A stretch of 64,000 bases of DNA from an uncultured Sphingomonadaceae bacterium (lineage in GTDB: Bacteria > Pseudomonadota > Alphaproteobacteria > Sphingomonadales > Sphingomonadaceae). The notes beneath the pieces are model-generated. The model did not search any database. It was given only the letters and a program-made list of their open reading frames with translations, and was not told where the DNA came from. Each line of letters opens with the position of its first letter. Position 1 is the first letter of the stretch. The position numbers and the translations under genes were made by a program. Positions 30,110 through 39,613 of the stretch are shown here, piece by piece. Location of the stretch: contig CAXTVK010000002.1 in the NCBI GenBank assembly GCA_964247655.1, positions 23,606 to 87,605 on the forward strand, given 5' to 3'.

Positions 30110-30640
30110 TCAGCTGCGCACCGGGCGTTTGGGCGCGCGGGCAGGCGAGCGCGACCCGATCGACTGCGCGGGGCGTACAGCGCCGAGCTTGCGCGTCCCT
30201 TCGCTCAGCCACGTCTCGCTATAGGTGTCGCGCCGCCGCACATGATCGACGAGATCCTGACGCAGGCGGGTGAGCGCACCGACGAGCGTACCGGCCTCGA
30301 GATAGACGATATCGTCTGCCAGGTCCTCGTTGAGCTCGAGCATGGCGATCAGGATGATCGTCATGAGCTTGTTGTCCGCGCAGCGGAGCGCGAAGTCGGC
30401 GGATCCGAACGGGATCGCGGCAAGCAGCGCATGCGGATCGCTGTTCGTCGCCTGCGCAAAGGCGGTCAGCCGCGCATAGCTGATCCGCCCTTCGCCATTT
30501 TCGAGATGTTCGTAGGACCGCGTCGGCATGGCCATCAGCCGGGCGACCTCGCTTGCGCGCATGCGGCGATGTTTTCGGACCGCGCGCATCGCGCTGCCCA
30601 GCACAGCGGCATGATCCCGCTCTATCGAGGAATTGCTCAT
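30110..30640 (-). CDS. XRE-family HTH regulator
   Basis: RAVRKHRRMRASEVARLMAMPTRSYEHLENG. Confidence 0.85.
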   Translation of the reverse strand: MSNSSIERDHAAVLGSAMRAVRKHRRMRASEVARLMAMPTRSYEHLENGEGRISYARLTAFAQATNSDPHALLAAIPFGSADFALRCADNKLMTIILIAMLELNEDLADDIVYLEAGTLVGALTRLRQDLVDHVRRRDTYSETWLSEGTRKLGAVRPAQSIGSRSPARAPKRPVRS

Positions 30641-30743
30641 GGACCGTCCTCACGCGCTCGACGACGATCCCGACCTTTTCATGAAATTGACGAAATTTGA
30701 ATGCCATATCGATGCGCGATGCGCAGGCGCGAGCGATCTGGGT

Positions 30744-31724
30744 TCAGCGCGAGCCGAGCTCGATCCGGTCCGGTCGGCTGGTCGCCTTGACGTCGAGGAT
30801 GGCGGCGACGGCCTGGACGAAACCCTGACTGTCGCCGGTTGCGAAATTGCCGCTGATCCGTTCGGCGGCGAGCGCGTCGTCGTCGAGCTCGATCGGAACG
30901 CCGCCGTAGCGGTTCATCTCCGCGATCGCGGTCGACAGCGGGGTGTCCTGGAATATCAGCCGCCCTTCGAGCCAGCTCGTCTCGCGCGCGGCATTGCCGG
31001 ATATGGGCGCGTCCGGTCGCACGCTGTCGAAGACCTGCCCGGCGGTCATGTGCTCTTCCACCGGCCCCGTTGACGACGGATGCCAGACGATGATCGCGCC
31101 GCGAACCAGCGATACCCGCACCCGGGCGCCGTCGCGTCGGACGTCGAAGGCCGTGCCGACCGCACGAACGCGCACACCGTCGGCAACCACCCAGAACGGG
31201 CGGCTGGTGTCGTGCGCCACGTCGAAGAACGCCTCGCCCTGCGCAAGGATGATCCGCCGCTCGTCGGCCGAGTAGGCGACACGCAGCTGGGTGCGCGTGT
31301 TGAGACGGACGCGCGATCCGTCATCGAGATTGACCGCGAGCTGCTCGCCGGATGCGGTCCGATAGCGGGGGCCGGTCGAAATCCAGGCCGCGATGCCGGC
31401 GCCGAGCAACAGCGGCAACAGGACCGCAACGCCCGCTGCCACCGGCCGCGCCGCGATCCGGCGGCGCCACGACAGGAGATAGATCCGCCAGGCGGTTCGC
31501 TTTCGGGTGGCGCGCAGGGCGGCGAGAATATCGGGATCATCGGCAAGCGATGCGCTCTGCGCCCAAGTCCGCTCGACCTCGGCATAGGCGGCGGCGTTTG
31601 CGGGCACGCGGCGCCATGCGTAGAATGTCGTGATGTCCTCGACCGCCACGGCGCGCGACTGAAGGCGCGCGTGCCAGCGGGCCGCCTCGTCCAACGCCGC
31701 CTTGTGCTCGTCGTGCGCGGCCAC
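30744..31724 (-). CDS. FecR-family anti-sigma/sensor
   Basis: EAARWHARL..FYAWR, TM helix, LDDGSRVRLNT, GEAFFDVAHD, AVGTAFDV, SWLEGRLIF. Confidence 0.93.
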   Translation of the reverse strand: MAAHDEHKAALDEAARWHARLQSRAVAVEDITTFYAWRRVPANAAAYAEVERTWAQSASLADDPDILAALRATRKRTAWRIYLLSWRRRIAARPVAAGVAVLLPLLLGAGIAAWISTGPRYRTASGEQLAVNLDDGSRVRLNTRTQLRVAYSADERRIILAQGEAFFDVAHDTSRPFWVVADGVRVRAVGTAFDVRRDGARVRVSLVRGAIIVWHPSSTGPVEEHMTAGQVFDSVRPDAPISGNAARETSWLEGRLIFQDTPLSTAIAEMNRYGGVPIELDDDALAAERISGNFATGDSQGFVQAVAAILDVKATSRPDRIELGSR

Positions 31725-31733
31725 CTGTCGCCC

Positions 31734-32321
31734 CTAATCTTGCAGGCTCGCGGTGCAGATCGCGAGCGCGCGGCCTATGCGCCACTCGACCGTCTTTACC
31801 GAAATACCCAGCCGCTCTGCAATCTCTGCATGCGTCAACGCGCTGAACCGGCTGAGCAGGAAGACTTCGCGGATCCGCGGCGGAAGGTTCAGGACCAGCT
31901 GCTTGAGCAGCAGTCGCTCTTCCTGGTCGGCCGCAACCCGCATGGCGGCGTCATGCGAAACCGCGCTGTCGTCGATGGATGCCCGGTGATCCTCGCGGCG
32001 GCGGCGTCGCCGCCTGAACTCGTCGCGAATGAGATTGCCAGCGATCCTGAGTAGCAAAGCACGTGCATGCAGCGACCGCGCGTCGGCCGGATAGCGATCG
32101 AAGCGCAGATAGGCCTCCTGGACGACATCGTCCGCCTCTATCGCACGGTGCCCGAAGCGTAGCGCGAGCCGGCGGCGCAGCCAATCGGCGTGGCGCCGAT
32201 AATCTTCGCCGAGCGCCTTCGCGCGACCGTCATCCCCGCGCGTCGTTGCTGGTGGCAAAGCCGCTAACCGATCCTGTGGCGTGGCTTCTGGCTGATCGGA
32301 TGTCCTCGATCGCACCGACAT
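31734..32321 (-). CDS. FecI-like ECF sigma factor
   Basis: ADDVVQEAYLR, LPPRIREVFLLSRF..EIAERLGISVKTVE. Confidence 0.93.
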   Translation of the reverse strand: MSVRSRTSDQPEATPQDRLAALPPATTRGDDGRAKALGEDYRRHADWLRRRLALRFGHRAIEADDVVQEAYLRFDRYPADARSLHARALLLRIAGNLIRDEFRRRRRRREDHRASIDDSAVSHDAAMRVAADQEERLLLKQLVLNLPPRIREVFLLSRFSALTHAEIAERLGISVKTVEWRIGRALAICTASLQD

Positions 32322-32640
32322 CGTTCGAACCCCTCAGCGGAGGTGCACGCCGATATGGCCGCTCATCGCGTCGCACCTATGTCCATCTCGGGGCGACGGC
32401 CTGAGCCGGATGTTGGAAACCTGCGATAACAGGCGCATGCGCCTTTACCGGCAAGCCGGCTGGACATGCGCGCATGCCACCCGGCCCCGGCAAAGCCGAG
32501 TCCGAGTATTATCGCGGGGTTTCCACGCCCCACCCCCGAGTGTCGCGGGAGCGGGGACAGATTGCGCTATTCTGGTGATCAAGCAAGCCGGAAATGGGTA
32601 ACTGCCAATGGCATTGGCCCAAGCGATCCGACCAGTTTCC

Positions 32641-33159
32641 TCAAACGAAGGCGGCAACGATGCGGGCAAAGGCAAGCGCTGCGTGTCTATTCCCGAGGTC
32701 ACGGTCGCAAGCCCGCTGCCACGGATGATGCCAATGTGCCTCGAGTCCGCTCGCGGCAAACCGGAACACGGGCAGAGCGGGGTGGCTTCCTCCGTTGCCA
32801 TCGACCAGCCAAACGGCATCCGCGTGCGGTGTGATCCACAGCCGTAGCGCGCAAAACCATTCGACAGGCTCGGCATAGGCGCAGAGCGCTATCGTGCCGA
32901 TCGACACCCGGCCCGGGCTCGCGATCGAAACGACGATCGCCGACCGTCGCCACCTGCGGACTGCGGCCTCGACGTCTCGCCTCCGTGCTCGGCGTCCGGT
33001 TCGAGTGACGATGAGGAGGGGATCGTCGAGCACGGATCGGTGCCGATCATCGCTGCGTCGCGCGGCGCCGATCGGCATCCATCCCACCAGCGCGCGAAAC
33101 GCCGCGTCCGCAGCGGCGATCAGGCGGTCGGTGTCATTGTCATTGGCGGGAGCGCGCAT
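32641..33159 (-). CDS. Hypothetical protein, paralog family member 1
   Basis: C-terminus WLV..SHPALPVFRFAASGL..PW..DRDLGNRHA matches 35768-36280; start inferred at MRAPANDN. Confidence 0.7.
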   Translation of the reverse strand: MRAPANDNDTDRLIAAADAAFRALVGWMPIGAARRSDDRHRSVLDDPLLIVTRTGRRARRRDVEAAVRRWRRSAIVVSIASPGRVSIGTIALCAYAEPVEWFCALRLWITPHADAVWLVDGNGGSHPALPVFRFAASGLEAHWHHPWQRACDRDLGNRHAALAFARIVAAFV

Positions 33160-33479
33160 GTCGCTTTGTCCGACGAGCGACTGCAACTCGTATTTTCTTG
33201 CGTGTCCAAGCAGCCAGGCTGCAATCTGCAATCGTCTTTCCGACTGACGCAGCACCGCCGGCGCTTCAGGTAGGGCGGTCGCCGAAAACGACCCAGCGAA
33301 CGCCATTCTCGCGGAGCGATGTCGCAATTCTGGTTTGGAGGCGCATGATATGGTGAGGGCGATGGCGACGGACATCGATCGACCGTCACGCATGTACGGC
33401 CTGTTCGCCGGCACCCCGTATCGGACGATGCGGTACTGGGCTTCAACCAGATCGTAAGACGTCGCGGCGAGAACAGGTC

Positions 33480-34061
33480 ATGGTTTCGCAGCAACGACAG
33501 CGACTGCCCCGAGCGTCCATCCACGAACGCCTGGCGGCGTTGACCGTCGCCGACTACCGAAGGCTCGCAGCACTGGCACGAGCGCGTGCATGGGGCTGGG
33601 ATATCGATGCGGGCGATCTCCTGCACGAAGCCGTTCTACGTGCCTATCTGACAAGATCGTGCGCCCCGGACGTAAACGTGATCGCTTTCCTCTCGGGCAT
33701 CATGCGCAGTCTTGTCTCCCAGCACGTTCGAGCGCTGACCGCGCGGCTGTCGGTTCGAGGGTTATGGAGCGACGGCCATGACACCGTGGAGGGCGGCATG
33801 GCGACGATCGATTCATTCGACAGCGAGGCGCCCGAGCGACGGCTCGATCTGCGGCAGGCGCGACTTGCTTTGTCGCGAGCAACGGCTGGAGATCCGCAAC
33901 TCGAGCGGCTCGTCGATGCGCTTTCGGAAGGATTGATCGGTCACAAGCTGGCAGCTCGGCTTGCCGTGGATGCGGCCGGCCTGGCGACGGCTAAACGCAG
34001 GCTCGCTCGGCGCCTGCGTGCGGTCCAAAGCGAGTTCGATATTCAAAGGCAGGACAGATGA
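33480..34061 (+). CDS. Sigma-70/ECF-like sigma factor
   Basis: DAGDLLHEAVLRA..FLSGIMRSLVS region 2; C-terminal HTH (KLAARLAVD..AKRRLARRL). Confidence 0.7.
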   Translation: MVSQQRQRLPRASIHERLAALTVADYRRLAALARARAWGWDIDAGDLLHEAVLRAYLTRSCAPDVNVIAFLSGIMRSLVSQHVRALTARLSVRGLWSDGHDTVEGGMATIDSFDSEAPERRLDLRQARLALSRATAGDPQLERLVDALSEGLIGHKLAARLAVDAAGLATAKRRLARRLRAVQSEFDIQRQDR

Positions 34062-34399
34062 TAGGTCGCAATCAGCTGTTGTTTATCGGCGACGCCGTCG
34101 CGGACGCGATATTGGCGATGTCGGACGACGAGATCGCCGAGCTTGCGTCCATGGCCGATGCCAAGTCCGCTTGGCGGATCGTGGCTGCTGCGGAGCATAT
34201 GACGCGACTCGGATCGCTTGCAGGAGGCAGCGCGGCGGAAAGCGACAATTCGGAAAATGGCAAGCAACGCGGTTCCACAACCTCGCCATATCTGCCGAAG
34301 CTCGTCGACCGGGACGAGCCGGATCCCCAAGCCGAAGATCGTTCCGATCCGAACCCGCTCAGACCACGTCTCATGCCTTTACCGAAAGATCGTGGTTAG
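34058..34399 (+). CDS. Small protein coupled to the sigma factor (possible anti-sigma)
   Basis: ATGA overlap with the sigma gene; N-terminal helical DAILAMSDDEIAE. Confidence 0.5.
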   Translation: MIGRNQLLFIGDAVADAILAMSDDEIAELASMADAKSAWRIVAAAEHMTRLGSLAGGSAAESDNSENGKQRGSTTSPYLPKLVDRDEPDPQAEDRSDPNPLRPRLMPLPKDRG

Positions 34400-34505
34400 C
34401 CGACGCAAAGATTTTCGCGCTGCCACGTCTGCTTCGAGAGTTGCGTCGGCGTAACCGTGACGCTCCACAACTTGCCACCCTGTGCTGCCGTGTGAACGAG
34501 TATGC

Positions 34506-34982
34506 TCAAAAGACGGCTCTGAGCGATGCCGGCGCTTGCGCGCCTGCGTCCGCGAGTTGCTGCAGGCGGCGCGCGGCGCGTGCGGTACCGCGAGCGATCT
34601 CGGCTGCCGGCCAACCGGCGCGGTGGATCACGCGCCCGTTCTCTACTGCGTAGTGCCCAAATTGCTTGCCGCAACCGCGCGGCACCAGCACGGCGCGGTT
34701 GCCGCGAGGTGCCAGCCAAAGCGAGCCGAACTGCAGTTTGACCATCCCGCGTTCGGAGACTGCAATGCCGATCGCGGCCGGGCCGGCCTCGCCCTCGGCA
34801 TCGAACAGGAGCAGCACTACATCGCTGTTCATGGCGTTCATCGTTTCGATCGTGGCGAACACCGCATCGTCATTGTGGACGTCATGCCCGGTGAAGACGG
34901 TGTTTGAGCTTTCGGTCTCACCCTCCATCAGCAGACGCGCGGCGTCGATATAGCGGATCATCGTGTCGACTGTGTTGGTCAT
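34506..34982 (-). CDS. Hypothetical protein, paralog family member 2 (more divergent)
   Basis: RBS AAGGAG; SLWLAPRGNRAVLV..GW..IARGTARAARRL aligns loosely with the other two members. Confidence 0.65.
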   Translation of the reverse strand: MTNTVDTMIRYIDAARLLMEGETESSNTVFTGHDVHNDDAVFATIETMNAMNSDVVLLLFDAEGEAGPAAIGIAVSERGMVKLQFGSLWLAPRGNRAVLVPRGCGKQFGHYAVENGRVIHRAGWPAAEIARGTARAARRLQQLADAGAQAPASLRAVF

Positions 34983-35147
34983 GGTGTCTCTTCTCCTTGG
35001 ATCCGCCGGAGGCCTTCCCTCCCGTTCACGGTCCTCGCCCGACCTTCTCCACTCCCACGGATTTTGATCTCTGCGTCGAGCCACGAAACGCCTGCGCCAG
35101 AGCTCAAGCGTTCCGGCGTTTCGTGCGACTGTTGTCGGAGCCGGGGA

Positions 35148-35771
35148 CTAGCCTGCGGGCTCGGCCCAGCGCTTGCGGTGCTGCGTCCACTCCTCGAAGA
35201 GAAGCGCCTGCGCGTCCCTGTCGCAAACCTCGCGGACATATGATCCGAAACCCCAGGCATGATGCTCGCGCACCAGCGCGACGAGATGCGCATGGGGCAG
35301 GTTTCCCGACCCGTTCTCGCCCGGCACGTGCAGCGCGACCAGTGTCGACAGCTTTCGTGCCCGCACGAGGCGATCAAGTGCGAAGGCGCGCGCCTCTTCC
35401 ATCATCTCATGGCGAAAGCGCGGTTCGCTGAACCGCAGCGTCAGGCTGAGCAGCATCGCCTTTTCGCCAATAAGCAGCGTGTCGCGGTAGAGCGGGAAGA
35501 GCTGCTGGGGCTCGGACAACGCATCGGGAACGCCGGGCGCGGGCAGGAGGGTGGCGGCGGCCGCGGTCACCGGCCAGGAACCATCGGGTGCGACCACCGG
35601 ATCAGGTCTGATCGGCTGGACCTTGGCGCGTGCGAACAACAAGAGATCGTTGGGCGTTCCGCGCAGCTCCCGACGCAATACGCCGAACGAGAAATTCTCC
35701 ATCGCCCCTGCTGGATCGAGGAAGACCATATTGGCGGTCTCCGACGGGCTGAGCCATGCGTTATCGCTCAT
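35148..35771 (-). CDS. MobA/MobL (MOBQ)-like relaxase-domain protein lacking the catalytic Tyr
   Basis: LLPAPGVPDALSEPQQLF, EARAFA..LVALHVPG..NLPHAHLVALVR (3H/HUH); N-terminal FSFGVLRR..DLLLFARAK in place of YHLSVK..SAVAAAAYR. Confidence 0.72.
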   Translation of the reverse strand: MSDNAWLSPSETANMVFLDPAGAMENFSFGVLRRELRGTPNDLLLFARAKVQPIRPDPVVAPDGSWPVTAAAATLLPAPGVPDALSEPQQLFPLYRDTLLIGEKAMLLSLTLRFSEPRFRHEMMEEARAFALDRLVRARKLSTLVALHVPGENGSGNLPHAHLVALVREHHAWGFGSYVREVCDRDAQALLFEEWTQHRKRWAEPAG

Positions 35772-36280
35772 GCCGCACCTCCGATCAGCCGCGCGATCGC
35801 GACGGTCGCGTGCCGGAGGCCGAGTTCGCGGTCCTGCTCGTTTGTCCAAGGCGGGCTCTGGTGGCGCGCCAGACCAGCAGCGTTCAGCTCGAAAAGCGGG
35901 ATAGCTGGGTGGGGCGAGAAAGCGCTCACCAGCCAAAGCCCGTGTCTGCCGATCGGTAGCCACGGCTCGTAGGCCGTGTAGCAATTGGATATCTCGCCCG
36001 GCAGCCCGACGGCGAATTCGAAACGCGGCATGTGACCACGCAGTTCGGCTGACACCGTGACGACTGGCCGGTTCGAGCACGCGGCAAGCCGGAGTGTCGT
36101 GACCGCGAGCGGCTCGCTGATCGACGTCGATACGCGCAGCAGCGGCCAAGGCAGCAGATCGAGCGCGCGGGGGGCGCTGGAGCAGGCACAAGGCGAGGCG
36201 GTCTCGCCAAGTGCCAGCGTCCTTATCGCCGCGACAAGCGTACCGGGCGCGTTATTCCAATGATAGGGTGTCTTGACCAT
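35768..36280 (-). CDS. Hypothetical protein, paralog family member 3
   Basis: WLV..PHPAIPLFELNAAGL..PPW..DRELGLRHA; its stop overlaps the relaxase-like ATG. Confidence 0.7.
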   Translation of the reverse strand: MVKTPYHWNNAPGTLVAAIRTLALGETASPCACSSAPRALDLLPWPLLRVSTSISEPLAVTTLRLAACSNRPVVTVSAELRGHMPRFEFAVGLPGEISNCYTAYEPWLPIGRHGLWLVSAFSPHPAIPLFELNAAGLARHQSPPWTNEQDRELGLRHATVAIARLIGGAA

Positions 36281-36509
36281 GAGTGTCCTTAGACGGCCTG
36301 GTGCGGGGCTGAGCGCAGCGGGCCTGATCTTCGATTTCCTCTCTTCCGAGGCAGCCGACGCTGCCGGCCTTTGCACTTCCAATGCTTTTCTTTTAGGACC
36401 CGCCGCGCGCCGTGGCCGGGATCCAAATGCGGAGGCGTGCCCGCGGGAGTGCCCAACGCCGAGCTCACCATGATCATCGCGGCCGGATGACGGTCGCGGT
36501 TGGTGGCGC

Positions 36510-36635
36510 ATGAATGATGAACAGCGTGCACGGCTTGCGGCGGTTGTCGAGGCGGGGCCGATCCCTGCGGCGCACGACGTGCTACGCTGGCGGCTTGCCG
36601 ATCTGGCGCAGTGGATCTGGGATAAGTTCGCGCTC
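36510..36635 (+). pseudogene. IS630 orfA fragment
   Basis: DEQRARLAAVVEAGPIPAAHDVLRWRLADLAQWIWD is close to the orfA at 7562. Confidence 0.8.
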
Positions 36636-36645
36636 GGAAACCGCT

Positions 36646-36775
36646 CTAGTTGTTTGGTCCCGGGATTTGGTGGGTCGGATCTGACGTGAAGCGTTGTGGC
36701 TCTTTGAGCCACATTTTGCAGATGGCTTCGTAGGGGCGAGGCCTTTGAGGGTTTTGAGCCTGCGGCCGAAGAGCG
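36646..36775 (-). pseudogene. IS481-family transposase 3' fragment
   Basis: FGRRLKTLKGLAP/YEAICKMWLKEPQRFTSDPTHQIPGPNN*, frameshifted. Confidence 0.7.
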
Positions 36776-37576
36776 ACATCAGCCGGTGGCGCGCGCGACG
36801 ATCAGCGAGGCGACCTCGCCTGCCGTCGTCGAGACCGCATCGTCATAAACCGCCTGGACCAGCTCGTGAGCGAAGTCGATGACATCGGCCGCGGCCTTCG
36901 AGGGACCGGCGACGAACGCCACAAGGTCGGCTAGCACCGCATTGACGACGGAGGTGCGCTTCTCGGCGCCCGTTTCGCCCTGCGCGGTGGTGATCTGGGT
37001 CTTGATCTTGCCGACGAGGCGGTGTCGGCCTTCGCGATCGCGACAAAGTGAGCGACAAGCGGCAGCTCGATCTCGCCGATCACGCCGCCGTCGTGCGGGT
37101 AAATGATATGGGCGATGAACGCGGGCATCTTCATGGTGTCGTCTCCTTGGGGGGTGCGGCGCGGACGATGTCGTCCGGCACGCGGAATCCGTCGCCAGCT
37201 TCCACCGGCGCGAATTTACGAGATTGCGGGCGCGTCACTAAGGGGCAATCACTCGGCAAGAATAGCTTCGCGATAAAAGCTCATGAACGAGCGAGACTTT
37301 TGGCGGCAAAGACCGGCGGCGCGACGCTACAAAGTTGGGATCGCGCTTTGCGTTGTTGCAGTCGCAACGGTCGCATTTTGGTCGGTCTGGAAGGGCTTTC
37401 CGTAGCCGGGTGCGGCTAAGTAGTGCGCCCCGTGGTTGCGTGAACGGTTGCTGTGTGGGTGGTTCACCGCGAGAGAACGTCCAGGCGGTACGCGGGGCGA
37501 TGTTCGGGCCGCTCGAATGGATCGTCGCGCTATGGCGACGTCAGGACGGAGGCTTCTGCTGCCCGTTCAACGCCAC

Positions 37577-37819
37577 TCAGGCGCCCGCCCAGCGGCTATG
37601 CGACAGCCGTGCACGCAGAGCGCTCCAACCGGCGGAAGCGCAGACGATCACGACGCCGAGAACCTGCTCGGCGATCGCGGGCACGGCATCGCTGACTACG
37701 CTTTGATCGCCATAGCCGTGGGCGACGATCATCGCGCCCAGCGCGGTGATGACGTGGCGGACAATAGCGCCAGTGATTGCGCGCGCGGCAGTGGCCGCCG
37801 GCGCCGGTGCGTCGGCCAT
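37577..37819 (-). CDS. Putative phage holin (two TM)
   Basis: GAIVRHVITALGAMIVAHG..VLGVVIVCASAGWS; RBS GGAGA; next to the endolysin. Confidence 0.55.
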   Translation of the reverse strand: MADAPAPAATAARAITGAIVRHVITALGAMIVAHGYGDQSVVSDAVPAIAEQVLGVVIVCASAGWSALRARLSHSRWAGA

Positions 37820-37875
37820 GGTTCTCTCCATTTCGTAAGGTGACAATCAGGCCGTTGCCGTCGCATGGGCGGACA

Positions 37876-38205
37876 ATGACCAATATCGCGACCGGCTATG
37901 ACTCAGTCGCTACATGGATCGTTTATCAGTGCCCCGCTCGAGACAAATTTGCGCACATGTGCGCAGGTCTGACGATTTGGCTCGCAAGTGCGGGGGTTCT
38001 AGGGCGGGGACTAGGATCGCGCGCACCGATCGCAGCCATCATCGTCGTCGAACTTCTGAACGAATGCGTCGACCGCGTTGCACACGGCTCATGGCAGTGG
38101 CCCGACACCTTGGCAGACATGGCCGCTACCTGGTTCTGGCCAATCGTTATCGGCGCGTTGATCAACTTTTCCCCCGAACTGGCGCGTTCTCCCGGTCGAG
38201 CTTGA
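37876..38205 (+). CDS. VanZ-like small membrane protein
   Basis: DKFAH..ELLNE..D..WPDTLAD..WP pattern. Confidence 0.6.
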   Translation: MTNIATGYDSVATWIVYQCPARDKFAHMCAGLTIWLASAGVLGRGLGSRAPIAAIIVVELLNECVDRVAHGSWQWPDTLADMAATWFWPIVIGALINFSPELARSPGRA

Positions 38206-38232
38206 TCTCGGCACCGTCGAACCAGAGATTGA

Positions 38233-38753
38233 CTATATTGCGTTCGCCGGCTTCAGACTCTCAGCGAGCAGCGCTCGCGCCTTGGCCGTCACCTCTCCGC
38301 GCGTGATGTCCCGTCATGGTTGAGGTCGAGCCCCGTTTTTTTTTGCAGGTAGAGCTTCGAGTGATCGCCGCCCTTCTCAAACAGGATCGCTTTGTCCGGC
38401 TTGCCGACGCCTGCCGGCCATAGGATCGCGAAGTAGAGGTCGGCGAGATTGTGCAGCCGCCCGCGCCATGGGCAGAAGTAGAGGTCGACATAGTCGAGCT
38501 GCGCGAGCGCGGTCATGGCTGCCAGCTTGGCCGTCGGGGTGTGCAGCAGTCCGGCCGTCTGCGGCATGAACTGGATGAGCCCGACGGCGCCGCAGCCAGC
38601 CCCGTTGCGCACGGATGGCGAGAAGTGCGCCCGGTCTCCCAGGCCATGCAGGCCATCAGGTCGGACGCCGAGCAACCGAGACCGTCGGCGATGGCGCGCA
38701 CGTGGTCACGAAAGGCAGGCGCGACTTTGCGCCCCCCGGGCAAGTGGGGTCAT
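38233..38753 (-). pseudogene. Phage endolysin (lytic transglycosylase/SLT-like), frameshifted
   Basis: LMACMAWETG/FSPSVRN..GAVGLIQFMPQTA..QLDYV..DLYFAILWP..GLDLNHDG spread over several frames. Confidence 0.8.
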
Positions 38754-38834
38754 GGCGATCTCCATCTAATCGAGGGCGAGTCATCCGTCCGGTTGCTGCG
38801 TTCGTATCTTCGCCGGGTCGTGGGAGAGAACTGG

Positions 38835-39032
38835 ATGTATTGGTGGCGTTGGCTTCGGGCCTCTCGGCTGGAAAGGCTTGAAGCAAAGCGGGAGGCTGCT
38901 CTGTTGACGCATCAATACGGAAGCGAGGCGGAGAAAGTGGTCCGGGAGAAGCTTCGCTCGTCGAAGCGAAAGCGGTCGAGAGCTGAGCTCACGCTTACAT
39001 TGAGCATCATCGCTAGGAAACACCGAAAATAA
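38835..39032 (+). CDS. Small basic hypothetical protein
   Basis: RBS GGGAGAG; MYWWRWLR..; 65 aa. Confidence 0.4.
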   Translation: MYWWRWLRASRLERLEAKREAALLTHQYGSEAEKVVREKLRSSKRKRSRAELTLTLSIIARKHRK

Positions 39033-39154
39033 GACGGATTTGATCGAGCGGACCTATCCTTCGATGTCAGAGGTTTAGGTGCGCAGGTTGGACGCGCGGG
39101 CCGCGTCGTTCGGCCTCGGGCCCCGCCGATTCGTCCCTGACCCGGCGGGGCTCG

Positions 39155-39582
39155 TTAGCCGGCCGATCCGTCGAGTTCGCTGAGCAGCGGCTTAAACTCT
39201 TCACCTTCCGCGGGCGGCCTGCCCCCGATGATCGTCGCGAGCCTCTTAGTGGGCAACTTGTCGACTTCCGCTGCGACGCCTTGCGCGCCGCCTTGCGCGA
39301 CTCGCTGTTCGAACCACTTCCGTGCCATGCGGACGAGCCGATCGGACGAAACCGCGGCGAGCGCCCCATGAGGACACTCGCGTCGCCGGTGAGGTGGAAA
39401 TAGTCCGCCACATAGACGGCGATTACGCCGAGCATGCCGGGCAGCAGCACGTCCGCCAGCAGGCTCTTCCACGAAATCGAGCCGCCGTCGCTCAGGACAA
39501 GGCCCTGCTTCGCGAGCGTGCCGACGCCCAGGCCAAAGCCGACTGGGCCGTTGCGCGCGAGCGCGTCGTTCCACCACGTCAC
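39155..39582 (-). pseudogene. Phage holin-like membrane protein, 1-nt frameshift near 39365
   Basis: GLGVGTLAKQGL..LLADVLLPGMLGVIAVYV../GALAAVSSDRLVRMAR across two frames. Confidence 0.5.
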
Positions 39583-39613
39583 CGAAGGAACGCCGACACG
39601 CCGATACAGAGCG

